64,000 bases of DNA, taken from NCBI GenBank assembly GCA_029005135.1, contig JAQXFO010000022.1, positions 2,589 to 66,588 on the forward strand, read 5' to 3'. A program made the translations under genes and the position numbers. Shown one piece after another: positions 48,264 to 57,257 of this stretch. The DNA comes from Lachnospiraceae bacterium (GTDB lineage: Bacteria > Bacillota > Clostridia > Lachnospirales > Lachnospiraceae). The stretch's first letter is position 1, and every line of letters begins with the position of its first letter. Under the pieces are notes generated by a model. The model ran no database searches. It saw nothing but the letters and a program-made list of their open reading frames with translations, and was not told where the DNA came from.

Positions 48264-49463
48264 TTATTTTCTCAGACCGTAAACATCCGCCAGCTTCTCA
48301 AAGGCCGGCAGGGATCTCTCGATCATATGGTAATCGCAGCAATAGGCCAGACGGACATAGCCCGGACAGCCCCAGCTCTTCATGCCGACCATCAGGATAC
48401 CCAGCTTTTTGCCTTCGTTGACAAAATCCGTGTCATCCTCCGTCGGTGATTTGACGAAGAGGTAGAAGGCACCCTGGGGCCTGACACAGGTGAAACCGTC
48501 TTTCGTCAGGGCATCGTAGAGCAGCTGACGGTTCCGGTCGTAGGCGGCGATATCCGTCTTCTCATCAAGGCATTCCGCCACCACCAGCTGGAAAAGCGAC
48601 GGCGCGTTGATATAGCCGAGGGCCCGGTTGGCGCAGATCAGGGCGCCCATGATCTCATCAAAGGCGTCCACGTCGGACGGCACGGCGATATAGCCGATGC
48701 GCTCGCCCGGCAGAGACAGCGTCTTCGAGAAGGATTCGCACAGAATCGTATTCTTCACATGATCGGGCATATAAGGCACCGTCTCGTTGTCATAGGCCAG
48801 CGCCCGATACGGCTCATCGCAGATAACATAGATCGGATGGCCGGCCTTTTTCTCGGCTTCGATCAGCAGTTCATTGAAACGGTCAAGCGTCTCGCCACTG
48901 TAGATAACACCCGTCGGATTGTTCGGGGAGTTCAGGATGACCGCTTTGGTCTTCTCATTCACATATTCCGGGAAGGCCTCCAGATTCAGCTGGAAGCTGC
49001 CGTCCGGATTCACCGGCACCGCCGCGATGCGGCCGCCGAAATTGGCCGCGTAGTTGCGGTATTCGCCGAAATACGGGGCAAAAGCAATGATCTCGTCGCC
49101 CGGATTGACCAGCACGCGCATGATGCAGTTAAGAGCGCCGGCCGCACCGGCTGCCATCATCACATTCGCCGCGGTCATGCCGGCATTGAACGCGCGGTTC
49201 AGATAGTCGGCCACGCAGGTTCTGACATCGTCGTAACCGGCATTCTGCATATAGCCATGAACATAGAGGGAATCCTGCTCGTCAAGGATCCGGCGGATCG
49301 TATCCGCGACCCTGGCCGGCGCCGGCACCGACGGATTGCCGAGAGAAAAATCGTAGACATTTTCCCGGCCGATGACTTTGGCCATGGCAATGCCCTCTTC
49401 AAACAGTTTTCTGATGGCCGAGCTGTTCGCCACCAGGTCCTTCATGCTTTCTGATATAACCAT
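48264..49463 (-). CDS. PLP-dependent aminotransferase (aspartate/aromatic aminotransferase class I)
   Basis: LGNPSVPAP, NSPNNPTG and SFSKTLSLPGERIGY (PLP lysine). ATG at 49463 has an AAGGAAGGGAG SD. Confidence 0.88.
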   Translation of the reverse strand: MVISESMKDLVANSSAIRKLFEEGIAMAKVIGRENVYDFSLGNPSVPAPARVADTIRRILDEQDSLYVHGYMQNAGYDDVRTCVADYLNRAFNAGMTAANVMMAAGAAGALNCIMRVLVNPGDEIIAFAPYFGEYRNYAANFGGRIAAVPVNPDGSFQLNLEAFPEYVNEKTKAVILNSPNNPTGVIYSGETLDRFNELLIEAEKKAGHPIYVICDEPYRALAYDNETVPYMPDHVKNTILCESFSKTLSLPGERIGYIAVPSDVDAFDEIMGALICANRALGYINAPSLFQLVVAECLDEKTDIAAYDRNRQLLYDALTKDGFTCVRPQGAFYLFVKSPTEDDTDFVNEGKKLGILMVGMKSWGCPGYVRLAYCCDYHMIERSLPAFEKLADVYGLRK

Positions 49464-49571
49464 GATAAAACTCCCTTCCTTAAAGCCCCGCCCCATGTGC
49501 GGCGGTCTTGCCGTATAGTTCATTGTCACGCCCTGCCGCGCCTCTGTCAAGTCAAAAGCCGTGTCCGTCCT

Positions 49572-50681
49572 TCACCGGAAAAGACGGTCCGCAATCCCAA
49601 GCGACAGCGCCGCGGCATCATCCATATCGAGGTAGCGATAGGTGCCCAGGCGGCCGCCCATGATAACACGCTTCTCGTTCCCGGCCCGCCGGCGGTAGGC
49701 CTCCGCCAGGGCCTCATTGACAGGATCGTTCACCGGATAGCAGGGCTCGGCCCCCGGTGTCATCCCCTCACTGTATTCGTATGTCACCACGGTCCGCGGC
49801 ACAGCCGTGTATGCCTCCGGCAGAAAATGCCGGTGCTCGATGATCCGGGTCCAGGGCACCTCGGTGCCGGTATAATTCACCACGGCGCAGCCCTGATGAT
49901 CCGTCACGTCGAGCACCTTATGCTCGAAACGCAGTGTCCGGTAGGCCAGTGCCCCCAGATCGCAGCGATAGAACGCATCAAGGGGACCTGTGTAGAAAAT
50001 TCGCTCCGCCAGACGACCGTAAAAGCCCCGGTCCGCCAGATAATCCTCCGACGTCCGAATCTCGCAGCCCTCCAGCATCGCCGCTGTCATGGCTGTGTAT
50101 CCCTCCGCGGGGATCCCCTGGAAACGGTCGTCAAAATAGCCCCTGACATCGTTAAACCGCACCGGCAGACGACGGATGAGAAAGGCCGGCAGCTCCCGGC
50201 AGGGTCTGCCCCACTGTTTTTCCGTGTAGCCGCGGACGAGCTTCTCGTAGATATCCCGGCCCACCAGGGCGACGGCCTGCTCTTCCAGATTGGCCGGCTC
50301 CCGCGCCGCGTTCTCATTGCGCTGCGACGCGATGATGGCGGCCGCCTCCGCCGGTGTCACATCGCCCCACATTTCCCGGAAGGTGTGCATCGTAAAGGGC
50401 AGTGAATAGAGCCGTCCCCGATAGTTCGCCTTCGGCTCGTGGCAATAGGGCACCAGGCGGGCAAAGCGGCTGACAAACTGCCATACCGCGGCGTTATCCG
50501 TGTGGAAAATGTGAGCGCCGTACCGGTGGACCGTGATGCCGGCCAGGGTCTCCGTGCGAATGCTGCCGCCGATATGCGGCCGCTTGTCGATGACCAGGAC
50601 CTTCTGTCCGGCTTCCCGGGCGCGCCGGGAAAAGACGGCGCCGTAAAGCCCGGCGCCGACCACCAGATAATCATAGCCCAT
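49572..50681 (-). CDS. glf: UDP-galactopyranose mutase
   Basis: YDYLVVGAGLYGAVF FAD fold, VHRYGAHIFHTDN and YPVNDPVN match Glf as I remember it. Confidence 0.9.
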   Translation of the reverse strand: MGYDYLVVGAGLYGAVFSRRAREAGQKVLVIDKRPHIGGSIRTETLAGITVHRYGAHIFHTDNAAVWQFVSRFARLVPYCHEPKANYRGRLYSLPFTMHTFREMWGDVTPAEAAAIIASQRNENAAREPANLEEQAVALVGRDIYEKLVRGYTEKQWGRPCRELPAFLIRRLPVRFNDVRGYFDDRFQGIPAEGYTAMTAAMLEGCEIRTSEDYLADRGFYGRLAERIFYTGPLDAFYRCDLGALAYRTLRFEHKVLDVTDHQGCAVVNYTGTEVPWTRIIEHRHFLPEAYTAVPRTVVTYEYSEGMTPGAEPCYPVNDPVNEALAEAYRRRAGNEKRVIMGGRLGTYRYLDMDDAAALSLGIADRLFR

Positions 50682-50699
50682 GGCAGACCTCCCCGTCTG

Positions 50700-51563
50700 T
50701 CAGTTTTCCAGATAATTGCCCAGATAGAGATAGCGCGGGCAGGTTTTTTCCATATCGTCCAGAACCTCCCGGACAGCGGGATCCGTCACCGACGCCGTCA
50801 GATCGATGTAAAAGAGGAATTCGAAGTCGCGTCCCGGGATCGGCACGCTCTCCAGCTTGATGACGTCCACATTGAGCTCGGCGAAACCCTGCAGCACATG
50901 GTAAAGGGAGCCGGGCTGATGGGGCAGCGACAGCATCAGGGAGATGCGGTTGGAGCCGGGATAGACCGCCTTCTGACGGGCGATGCAGACAAACCGCGTG
51001 TAGTTATTGTCGGAATCCTGAATATCGATGTCCAGATTCTCAAGGCCGTAGAGCCCGGCACAGACGGCATTGGCGATGGCGCAGGCCCCCGCCGGCATCC
51101 CCGCGACCTCGCGGGCAGCGATAGCGGTGTTGAGGACCGGCGTGATGCGGACCTTATCCCCCAGACTCTTCAGGAAATGGCTGCACTGGCCGATGGCCTG
51201 TTCATGGGAATAGATCTCGGTGATATCCTCCAGACGTACGCCCGGCTTGACCAGCAGATCGTTATGGATGTGGATGCGTTCTCCCCGGACGATGGTCACG
51301 TCACCGTTCTGCAGCAGAGAATAGACCGTCCGGACGGAGCCGTGGATATTATTCTCAATGGGCAGGACGCCGAAATCCGCCAGCCCTGACTTGACCGCCT
51401 CCACAACGCCTTCAAAATTCTTGAAAAACAGCTGTTTCCCGTAGGGGAACATCCGCTGAGCCGCCACCTGGGAATTGGCGCCGGCAATCCCCTGACAGGC
51501 GATGCGCCCGCTCTGGGGAAAAATGACATCCTGATTCAGAATTCCGTAATCTTCTGCTCTCAT
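50700..51563 (-). CDS. pheA: prephenate dehydratase (PDT + ACT domains)
   Basis: IACQGIAGANSQ, GVLPIENNIHGSV, NYTRFVCI and a C-terminal ACT domain. The ATG overlaps the aroF stop (ATGA). Confidence 0.9.
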   Translation of the reverse strand: MRAEDYGILNQDVIFPQSGRIACQGIAGANSQVAAQRMFPYGKQLFFKNFEGVVEAVKSGLADFGVLPIENNIHGSVRTVYSLLQNGDVTIVRGERIHIHNDLLVKPGVRLEDITEIYSHEQAIGQCSHFLKSLGDKVRITPVLNTAIAAREVAGMPAGACAIANAVCAGLYGLENLDIDIQDSDNNYTRFVCIARQKAVYPGSNRISLMLSLPHQPGSLYHVLQGFAELNVDVIKLESVPIPGRDFEFLFYIDLTASVTDPAVREVLDDMEKTCPRYLYLGNYLEN

Positions 51564-52567
51564 ACCGTAATACCTGCCTCTTTGATCATGCTGACTGACC
51601 GGGTGATGGTCCCGAGGGTCTCGGGAGTGATGGACTGGGAACCGTCGAAACGGGCGTGGGACGGATCGTGGTGGACCTCCAGGAAAAGGCCGTCGGCACC
51701 GGCGCTTACCGCGGCGGCGGCCATCGGCGGCACCAGATACGCCTTCTTGACAGCCCGGCTCGGATCGACGATGACCGGAAGATGGGACAGCTTTTTCAGC
51801 ACCGGCACCGCCGTGATGTCCAGCGTCGTCCGGGTGTAGTTTTCAAAGCTGCGGATACCGCTTTCGGAGAGGATCACCCGGTCGTTGCCGCCTGCCATGA
51901 TGTATTCCGCCGCCATCAGAAATTCCTCGTAAGAGGCGGAAAAGCCGCGGGTCAGAATAACCGGCCTGTCCAGCCTGCCCAGAAGGCTCAGAAGCTGATA
52001 ATTCTGCATATTGGCGGCACTGACCAGCAGGATATCCACCTCCTCGAAGCAGGACATCTGCGCGTCGTCAGAGATCTCCGAGACCACCGGCAGGCCGGCC
52101 TTATGCCCCGCTTCCACAAGATAACGGATCCCTTCCTCCCGGAGCCCGGCAAAGGCATAGGGGGAGGTGCGCGTCATGAAGGCGCCGCCGTAGAGGAGAT
52201 CCGCCCCTTTTTCCGCTGCCGCCAGAGCGATGGTCAGGATCTGCTCCCGGGATTCCACGGCCCCCGGTCCGGCGATGACCACCGGACGTCCGCCGCCGAT
52301 TCTCACGCCGCCGACCTCGATCACCGTGTCCTCCGGATGAAACTTGCGATTCACATTTTTATAGGGCTCCTGCACACGCTTGACCTCATCGACGATGTCG
52401 AGGGCCGCGATCATGTCCTGGTCGATCGAAGCCGTATCCCCGACCAGACCCAGGATCGTCTGTCCGGTTCCCACCGTCGGCCGGACCGTGATATGCTGAT
52501 CCTCAAGCCAGGCGATCAGTCCCTCCAGCTGATCCGGATCCGGATCCTTTTTTAGAATGACGATCAT
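51560..52567 (-). CDS. aroF: 3-deoxy-7-phosphoheptulonate (DAHP) synthase, class I-beta with an N-terminal regulatory domain
   Basis: The N-terminal roughly 70-aa ferredoxin-like domain (MIVILKKDPD...) is followed by VIAGPGAVES, the KDO8P/DAHP-I-beta core and VIVDPSRA. GAAGGAG SD. Confidence 0.9.
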   Translation of the reverse strand: MIVILKKDPDPDQLEGLIAWLEDQHITVRPTVGTGQTILGLVGDTASIDQDMIAALDIVDEVKRVQEPYKNVNRKFHPEDTVIEVGGVRIGGGRPVVIAGPGAVESREQILTIALAAAEKGADLLYGGAFMTRTSPYAFAGLREEGIRYLVEAGHKAGLPVVSEISDDAQMSCFEEVDILLVSAANMQNYQLLSLLGRLDRPVILTRGFSASYEEFLMAAEYIMAGGNDRVILSESGIRSFENYTRTTLDITAVPVLKKLSHLPVIVDPSRAVKKAYLVPPMAAAAVSAGADGLFLEVHHDPSHARFDGSQSITPETLGTITRSVSMIKEAGITV

Positions 52568-52617
52568 GACTGTCTCCTTCTGCCTTCAGGGCGCCTTGGG
52601 CGCACCTGCTTTTTCAC

Positions 52618-52649
52618 AAAAAATAAAGCCCGCAGCGGTCGGCTGCGGG
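52618..52649 (-). terminator. attenuator terminator in the aroF-pheA leader
   Basis: Minus RNA forms CCCGCAGC (52649-42), loop CGACC, GCUGCGGG (52636-29), then CUUUAUUUUUU. It ends about 50 nt before the aroF ATG. Confidence 0.78.
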
Positions 52650-52686
52650 TCCCGGACGAAGTTCATAGAAGCTTCTGCACCTTTTT

Positions 52687-52767
52687 TCAGCCAACCAAAT
52701 TAGCCCTGCCGTTAAACGCAAAGCTGAAAAAGCTGAAAAAAAAGTTGCCGTGGGATCTGAAATTCAT
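52687..52767 (-). CDS. Phe-rich leader peptide MNFRSHGNFFFSFFSFAFNGRANLVG
   Basis: 26 codons, 8 of them Phe (TTT/TTC) clustered as FFFSFFSFAF. GGGAG SD (52779-75) lies 7 nt before the ATG at 52767. The TGA at 52689-87 is embedded in the antiterminator arm. Confidence 0.65.
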   Translation of the reverse strand: MNFRSHGNFFFSFFSFAFNGRANLVG

Positions 52768-52795
52768 AAAAAATCTCCCGTCTGAAGCTCATTTA

Positions 52796-52824
52796 ACGCT
52801 ATCATAACCGCTTATTTTTGTCAA
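52796..52824 (-). promoter_or_regulatory. candidate promoter TTGACA-17-TAGCGT for the aro leader
   Basis: TTGACA at 52824-52819, a 17-nt spacer, then TAGCGT at 52801-52796. Confidence 0.4.
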
Positions 52825-53024
52825 TATTTCCAAACTCTTTGCCCTCTCTGCAAAACATTTTTATTCTGCTATCTTTTTATACTCCGTTATGGTAAACTTA
52901 TGGTCAAATGCAACTCAAAACGGGCCAATTTTTTTGGTATTTTCCCTGCAAAAGCACTTTTCACCGACCGGTGCCCCGCGCCGCGGTGTTTCTAATCAGC
53001 AGCCATTCATGACGAAAGGAGGTT

Positions 53025-54395
53025 ATGATGGATCATTACAAAAAAATGTATCAGTATGCTCTGGACAAAACGGCGATAACGGTTCAGAACGATACCATTG
53101 ACAACAAGCTCTTCACCGATCTGGGTGTTTACCGCGGTCTGCGTGATGAGAAGGGCAAGGGCGTTCTGACAGGCCTGACCTCCGTCTCCCGTATCGATGC
53201 CTACAAAATCGAAAACGGACAACGTATTCCGACAGACGGTGCACTGTATTACCGTCATTACAACATTGCCGATCTGATCGACCGCTACATCGATGACGGC
53301 TTCGGCTTCGAGAACACGGCTTATCTCCTGCTCTTCGGCGAGCTGCCGACGGAAGAGCAGTCGGCGGAATTCATCAATATTCTGGCGAAGGCCCGGGACC
53401 TGCCCCAGAACTTCACCCGGGACGTCATCATGAAGGCGCCGACCCAGGATATCATGAATTCGATGATGCGGAGCATCCTGACCCTGTCCTCCTATGACAA
53501 AAATGCAGCCCGCACCGATATCTCCAACAGCATCACCCAGAGTCTCAACCTGATCGCGGTCTTCCCGATGCTGGCGGTCTATGCCTACCACGCCTTCAAT
53601 CATTACGAAAATTACGGCAGCATGTACATTCACCGTCCCTCCAAGACGTATTCGACGGCGGAGAATATCCTGAGGATGCTGCGTCCCAACAAGACCTTCA
53701 CCCCGACCGAGGCCAAGGTTCTTGACGCCTGCCTGATGCTGCACATGGAGCATGGCGGCGGTAATAACTCAACCTTCACGACCCGCGTCGTCACCTCCTC
53801 CGGTTCCGATACCTACTCCGCCATCGCGGCGGCCATGTCCTCCCTCAAGGGACCCAAGCACGGCGGTGCCAACATCAAGGTTATGGAGATGTTCAAGGAC
53901 ATCCGCGCTCACGTCAATGATCCCTATGACGAGGAAGCCATCGCCGATTATCTGGGCAAGATCCTCGACGGCGAGACCTTCGACCGCCGCGGCCTGATTT
54001 ACGGTATGGGACATGCGGTCTACACGATCTCCGATCCCCGTGAACGCATCCTGAAAAAATTTGTCCTGCAGCTGGCCGAGGAAAAGCATCTGCAGAAGGA
54101 GCTGGCCATGTATCAGAATGTCGAAAAGCTGGCGCCGCGGCTCATCGCCGAGAAACGCCACATCTACAAGGGCGTCAACCCCAACGTCGACTTCTACAGC
54201 GGCTTTGTCTACAAGATGCTGGGCATCCCGGAAGAGCTGTACACCCCGCTCTTTGCCATTGCCCGTATCGTCGGCTGGTCGGCCCACCGCCTTGAGGAAC
54301 TGGTCGGCAGCGGCAAGATCATCCGTCCGGCCTACATGAGTGTCCTGAACGTCAACAACTCCCTCGACCCGAATATGCCCGACAACGTGATCTGA
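53025..54395 (+). CDS. citrate synthase
   Basis: 456 aa. MLHMEHGGGNNSTF, GPKHGGAN and GMGHAVY carry the citrate synthase catalytic His/Asp motifs. AAAGGAGG SD. Confidence 0.92.
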   Translation: MMDHYKKMYQYALDKTAITVQNDTIDNKLFTDLGVYRGLRDEKGKGVLTGLTSVSRIDAYKIENGQRIPTDGALYYRHYNIADLIDRYIDDGFGFENTAYLLLFGELPTEEQSAEFINILAKARDLPQNFTRDVIMKAPTQDIMNSMMRSILTLSSYDKNAARTDISNSITQSLNLIAVFPMLAVYAYHAFNHYENYGSMYIHRPSKTYSTAENILRMLRPNKTFTPTEAKVLDACLMLHMEHGGGNNSTFTTRVVTSSGSDTYSAIAAAMSSLKGPKHGGANIKVMEMFKDIRAHVNDPYDEEAIADYLGKILDGETFDRRGLIYGMGHAVYTISDPRERILKKFVLQLAEEKHLQKELAMYQNVEKLAPRLIAEKRHIYKGVNPNVDFYSGFVYKMLGIPEELYTPLFAIARIVGWSAHRLEELVGSGKIIRPAYMSVLNVNNSLDPNMPDNVI

Positions 54396-54406
54396 CAAGA
54401 CAAAAC

Positions 54407-54447
54407 GAGTGCGAAAGCGTAAACCGCTTTCGCACTCTCTTTTTTTC
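54407..54447 (+). terminator. intrinsic terminator after citrate synthase
   Basis: 13-bp stem GAGTGCGAAAGCG/CGCTTTCGCACTC with a 5-nt loop, then TCTTTTTTT. Confidence 0.82.
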
Positions 54448-54487
54448 TCTGCTGATCCGCTCTTATGACCCCGGTCATAATCCGCGG

Positions 54488-55612
54488 TTATGTCATGACG
54501 ATCAGCTCATAGCTGCGGGTGCCCAGACCGATCCTTTCGCCGTGGGCCAGCGTCTCCTTCCAGCTGACATGCGGGTTGCTGTCCTTGAAATGATCATGGT
54601 GATGATGCCAGTCCGGCCTGGCCAGATTGTCACCCAGCTGACTGTTGCGGATCGGCTCCGCCTTCTGACACAGATCGACGCAGGCCTGATCCAGGGCCAC
54701 CGGGTCAAAAGAGGCCAGAATGCCCAGATCCGGCAGGATCGGTGCGTCATTTTCCGCATGACAGTCGCAGTTGGGCGAGACATCCGTGATCAGTGAGATG
54801 TGGAAGCACGGACGGCCGCCGCAGACCGCTTTGGTGTATTCGGCCATCTTGCAGCCCAGCCTGTCGGCGGCATTGAAATCGGGGCAGCTGATAGCGTCGA
54901 AGGCGCAGGCACCGATACAGCGGCCGCAGCCCTTGCAGGCAGCCTGATCGATCACCGCCTTGCCGTTCTCATAGCGGATGGCGTCGGAGCCGCATTCACC
55001 GGCACAACGGCGGCAGAGACGGCACAGATCCGGATCCACGACGGGCTTGCCGTCACTGTGCTGGTGCATCTTGCCCGCGCGGCTGCCGCAGCCCATGCCG
55101 ATATTCTTAATAGCGCCGCCGAAGCCAGCCTCCTCATGACCCTTGAAATGCGTCAGTGAAACCAGAATATCCGCGTCCATGACAGCCCGGCCGATGTAGG
55201 CCTCCTGACAGTAGACGCCGCCCTCCACGGGCACGACCACGTCATCGGTACCGCGCAGGCCGTCACCGATGAGGATCTGACAGCCGCAGGTCACCGTATT
55301 GAAGCCGTTGATATTGGCGCAGTCCAGATGCTCCAGCGCATTTTTGCGGCTGCCCGGATACAGGGTATTGCAGTCGGTCAGAAAAGGCCGGCCGCCCTGA
55401 TCCTTGATGACATCCACCACCGCCCGGGCATAATTCGGCCTCAGATAGGCCAGATTGCCCAGCTCACCGAAATGCATCTTGACGGCGACGAACTTGCCCT
55501 CCATCGGTATCGTGCCGATGCCGGCCCGCCGGATCAGCCGTTTCAGTTTTTCTGTGATCGAAACACCCAGCTGTGTCCTGAAATCCGTAAAATAGACCTT
55601 TGATTTTTCCAT
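54488..55612 (-). CDS. DUF362 domain protein with a 2x[4Fe-4S] ferredoxin insert
   Basis: The N-terminal KVYFTDFR...VAVKMHFGE and PFLTDCNTLY resemble DUF362. CRLCRRCAGEC and CKGCGRCIGAC are ferredoxin-type motifs. Confidence 0.78.
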   Translation of the reverse strand: MEKSKVYFTDFRTQLGVSITEKLKRLIRRAGIGTIPMEGKFVAVKMHFGELGNLAYLRPNYARAVVDVIKDQGGRPFLTDCNTLYPGSRKNALEHLDCANINGFNTVTCGCQILIGDGLRGTDDVVVPVEGGVYCQEAYIGRAVMDADILVSLTHFKGHEEAGFGGAIKNIGMGCGSRAGKMHQHSDGKPVVDPDLCRLCRRCAGECGSDAIRYENGKAVIDQAACKGCGRCIGACAFDAISCPDFNAADRLGCKMAEYTKAVCGGRPCFHISLITDVSPNCDCHAENDAPILPDLGILASFDPVALDQACVDLCQKAEPIRNSQLGDNLARPDWHHHHDHFKDSNPHVSWKETLAHGERIGLGTRSYELIVMT

Positions 55613-55638
55613 CTCTCTCCCCTTTCGGAAAACACATC

Positions 55639-56373
55639 TCAGAATAAAAAGCCTTCCGTCAGCATCCAGCGGATACCCTTCGCCAGACGGCCCGCCGGAT
55701 CATCAAAATGCCCGCCTCTGTTTTTTTCAAATACCGTCGTCACCTCCGCAGCCCTCATGATCGACGCTGCCTCCGCCATGACAGCCTCATTGCGGGACAT
55801 CCGCGGATGGCGTGTCCGGCACTCGCGGTCGCCGATGGAAAAATACGCCGCGCAGAGATCCGGCGGCACCGTTTCACTGCGCATATACCCGTCAAAGCCC
55901 GGATACCACAGGGAGCCGGAGGCACAGATCACCCCGTCAAAAAGGGGCGTCCGATAGAGGCTCCAGAGGGCAAAAAGCCCGGCAAGAGAGTAGCCGGCAT
56001 TGATGATAATCAGCGGCTCGGCGGCCATTTCCCGGAAGACAGAGGGCAGCATAACGTTCATCAGAAGCTGATAGAAGCCCTCGCCGAGCCCGCGGAAATC
56101 CTCACCGTCGGGCCAGGGGCTCAGTTCGGCGCGCCAGTCCAGCGGCTCCACCGCCGCCAGATAAAAGGTGGGACAGTCAAGCGCCCGGCAGGCCTCCCGA
56201 AGGGCTTCCCATTCCCCGGGCATCAGATAACACAGCACCAGCGGATCCTTGTCAAGGCCCGTTTCTGTGCCGATAAGGCGTACCAGCCGGACTGTGTGGC
56301 CGGCGGCCGTCAGTTCTTTTTCATGCGACAGGTTCAATAGCGTGCTTCTCTTTCTCTGATAATACGGTACCAT
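55639..56373 (-). CDS. alpha/beta hydrolase (esterase family)
   Basis: Nucleophile elbow GYSLAG plus a C-terminal His region. The ATG at 56373 lies 40 nt inside panE. An alternative TTG at 56337 overlaps the panE stop (TTGA). Confidence 0.68.
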   Translation of the reverse strand: MVPYYQRKRSTLLNLSHEKELTAAGHTVRLVRLIGTETGLDKDPLVLCYLMPGEWEALREACRALDCPTFYLAAVEPLDWRAELSPWPDGEDFRGLGEGFYQLLMNVMLPSVFREMAAEPLIIINAGYSLAGLFALWSLYRTPLFDGVICASGSLWYPGFDGYMRSETVPPDLCAAYFSIGDRECRTRHPRMSRNEAVMAEAASIMRAAEVTTVFEKNRGGHFDDPAGRLAKGIRWMLTEGFLF

Positions 56374-57257
56374 TCATCGTTGATCGGTGTCGGCACCCCC
56401 GTGTCACGGCCGAGACGGCTGACAGTGCCGGCAAACAGCGCCACCTCGCTCGGGCGGTGAGCCCGGCCGTCCTGTCTCATGGACGGCTCCCCCGTGGGAT
56501 CCAGGGCGTCAATAACGCCCGTCCAGAAGACGACATCCTTCTCTGACAGATCTATCCCCATGGCCTGCGCCACCGCGGCAGTCTCACGCATGGCACCGAT
56601 CATCATCCGGCGGATCTCACCCTCAGCCTGCATGCCGCTGTAAGTCGTCTCATAGACAAAGGCGGCCTGATTGCAGCCCACATTGCACAGGAGCTTGCCC
56701 CACATCTCTTTCTCGATATCCTCCGTCAGCACATAAGGAAAATGCGCCCGCTTAAGGATATCCGCTGCCGCGGCGGCATTTTCCCGCTGGGAGGGCGTCT
56801 CCGGTCCGATCACCAGTTCTCCCGGCGTGATGGCAGTGACACGGGGTCCTTCCTTGACAGCGGACATCTTGCGGGCCACGCAGTCGATGACCTGATCTGC
56901 CGGGTAGATCTCCCTCAGATCCTTCTCGCTGACGACACCGTTCAGCACGGAGATGATGACCGTCTCCGGCCGCACCCAGGCCCTGACGCTCTCCGCAACC
57001 TCCCTCAGCTGGCCGTATTTGCAGCAGATCATCAGCAGATCCACGGCGGGCCCGTCCTCTGGCCGTTCGATATCAACATAATGAAAATCGCATTTTTCAC
57101 CGTTAAAGAAGAGGCCCTCCGATTCATAGCGATCAAGACGGGCCCTGTCGGCGATGGCGACGACCGATTCTTTTCCCAGGGCGCCCGTCAGATGCCAGGC
57201 GTACATCACGCCCAGGGCACCCAGGCCGATAATACCGATTGTATTCAGTTTTTTCAC
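56334..57257 (-). CDS. panE: 2-dehydropantoate 2-reductase (ketopantoate reductase family)
   Basis: IGIIGLGALG Rossmann N-terminus, ApbA/PanE-like C-terminal domain and SMRQDGRAHRPSEV. Confidence 0.85.
   Translation of the reverse strand: MKKLNTIGIIGLGALGVMYAWHLTGALGKESVVAIADRARLDRYESEGLFFNGEKCDFHYVDIERPEDGPAVDLLMICCKYGQLREVAESVRAWVRPETVIISVLNGVVSEKDLREIYPADQVIDCVARKMSAVKEGPRVTAITPGELVIGPETPSQRENAAAAADILKRAHFPYVLTEDIEKEMWGKLLCNVGCNQAAFVYETTYSGMQAEGEIRRMMIGAMRETAAVAQAMGIDLSEKDVVFWTGVIDALDPTGEPSMRQDGRAHRPSEVALFAGTVSRLGRDTGVPTPINDEWYRIIREREARY

Noticed and set aside
52688-52702. AATTTGGTTGGCTG in the aro leader superficially resembles the T-box core (AAnnnGGGTGGnACCGCG)
   Set aside because: The match is poor. 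The leader is too short (about 170 nt) to hold stem I and a specifier loop. The leader peptide and alternative helices explain the segment fully.
52716-52745. Tandem repeat aagctgaaaaagctgaaaaaaaa on the plus strand (looked like a microsatellite or mini-repeat)
   Set aside because: It is the reverse complement of the TTT/TTC-AGC codon run of the Phe leader peptide, and of attenuator region 1. It is not a CRISPR or VNTR element.
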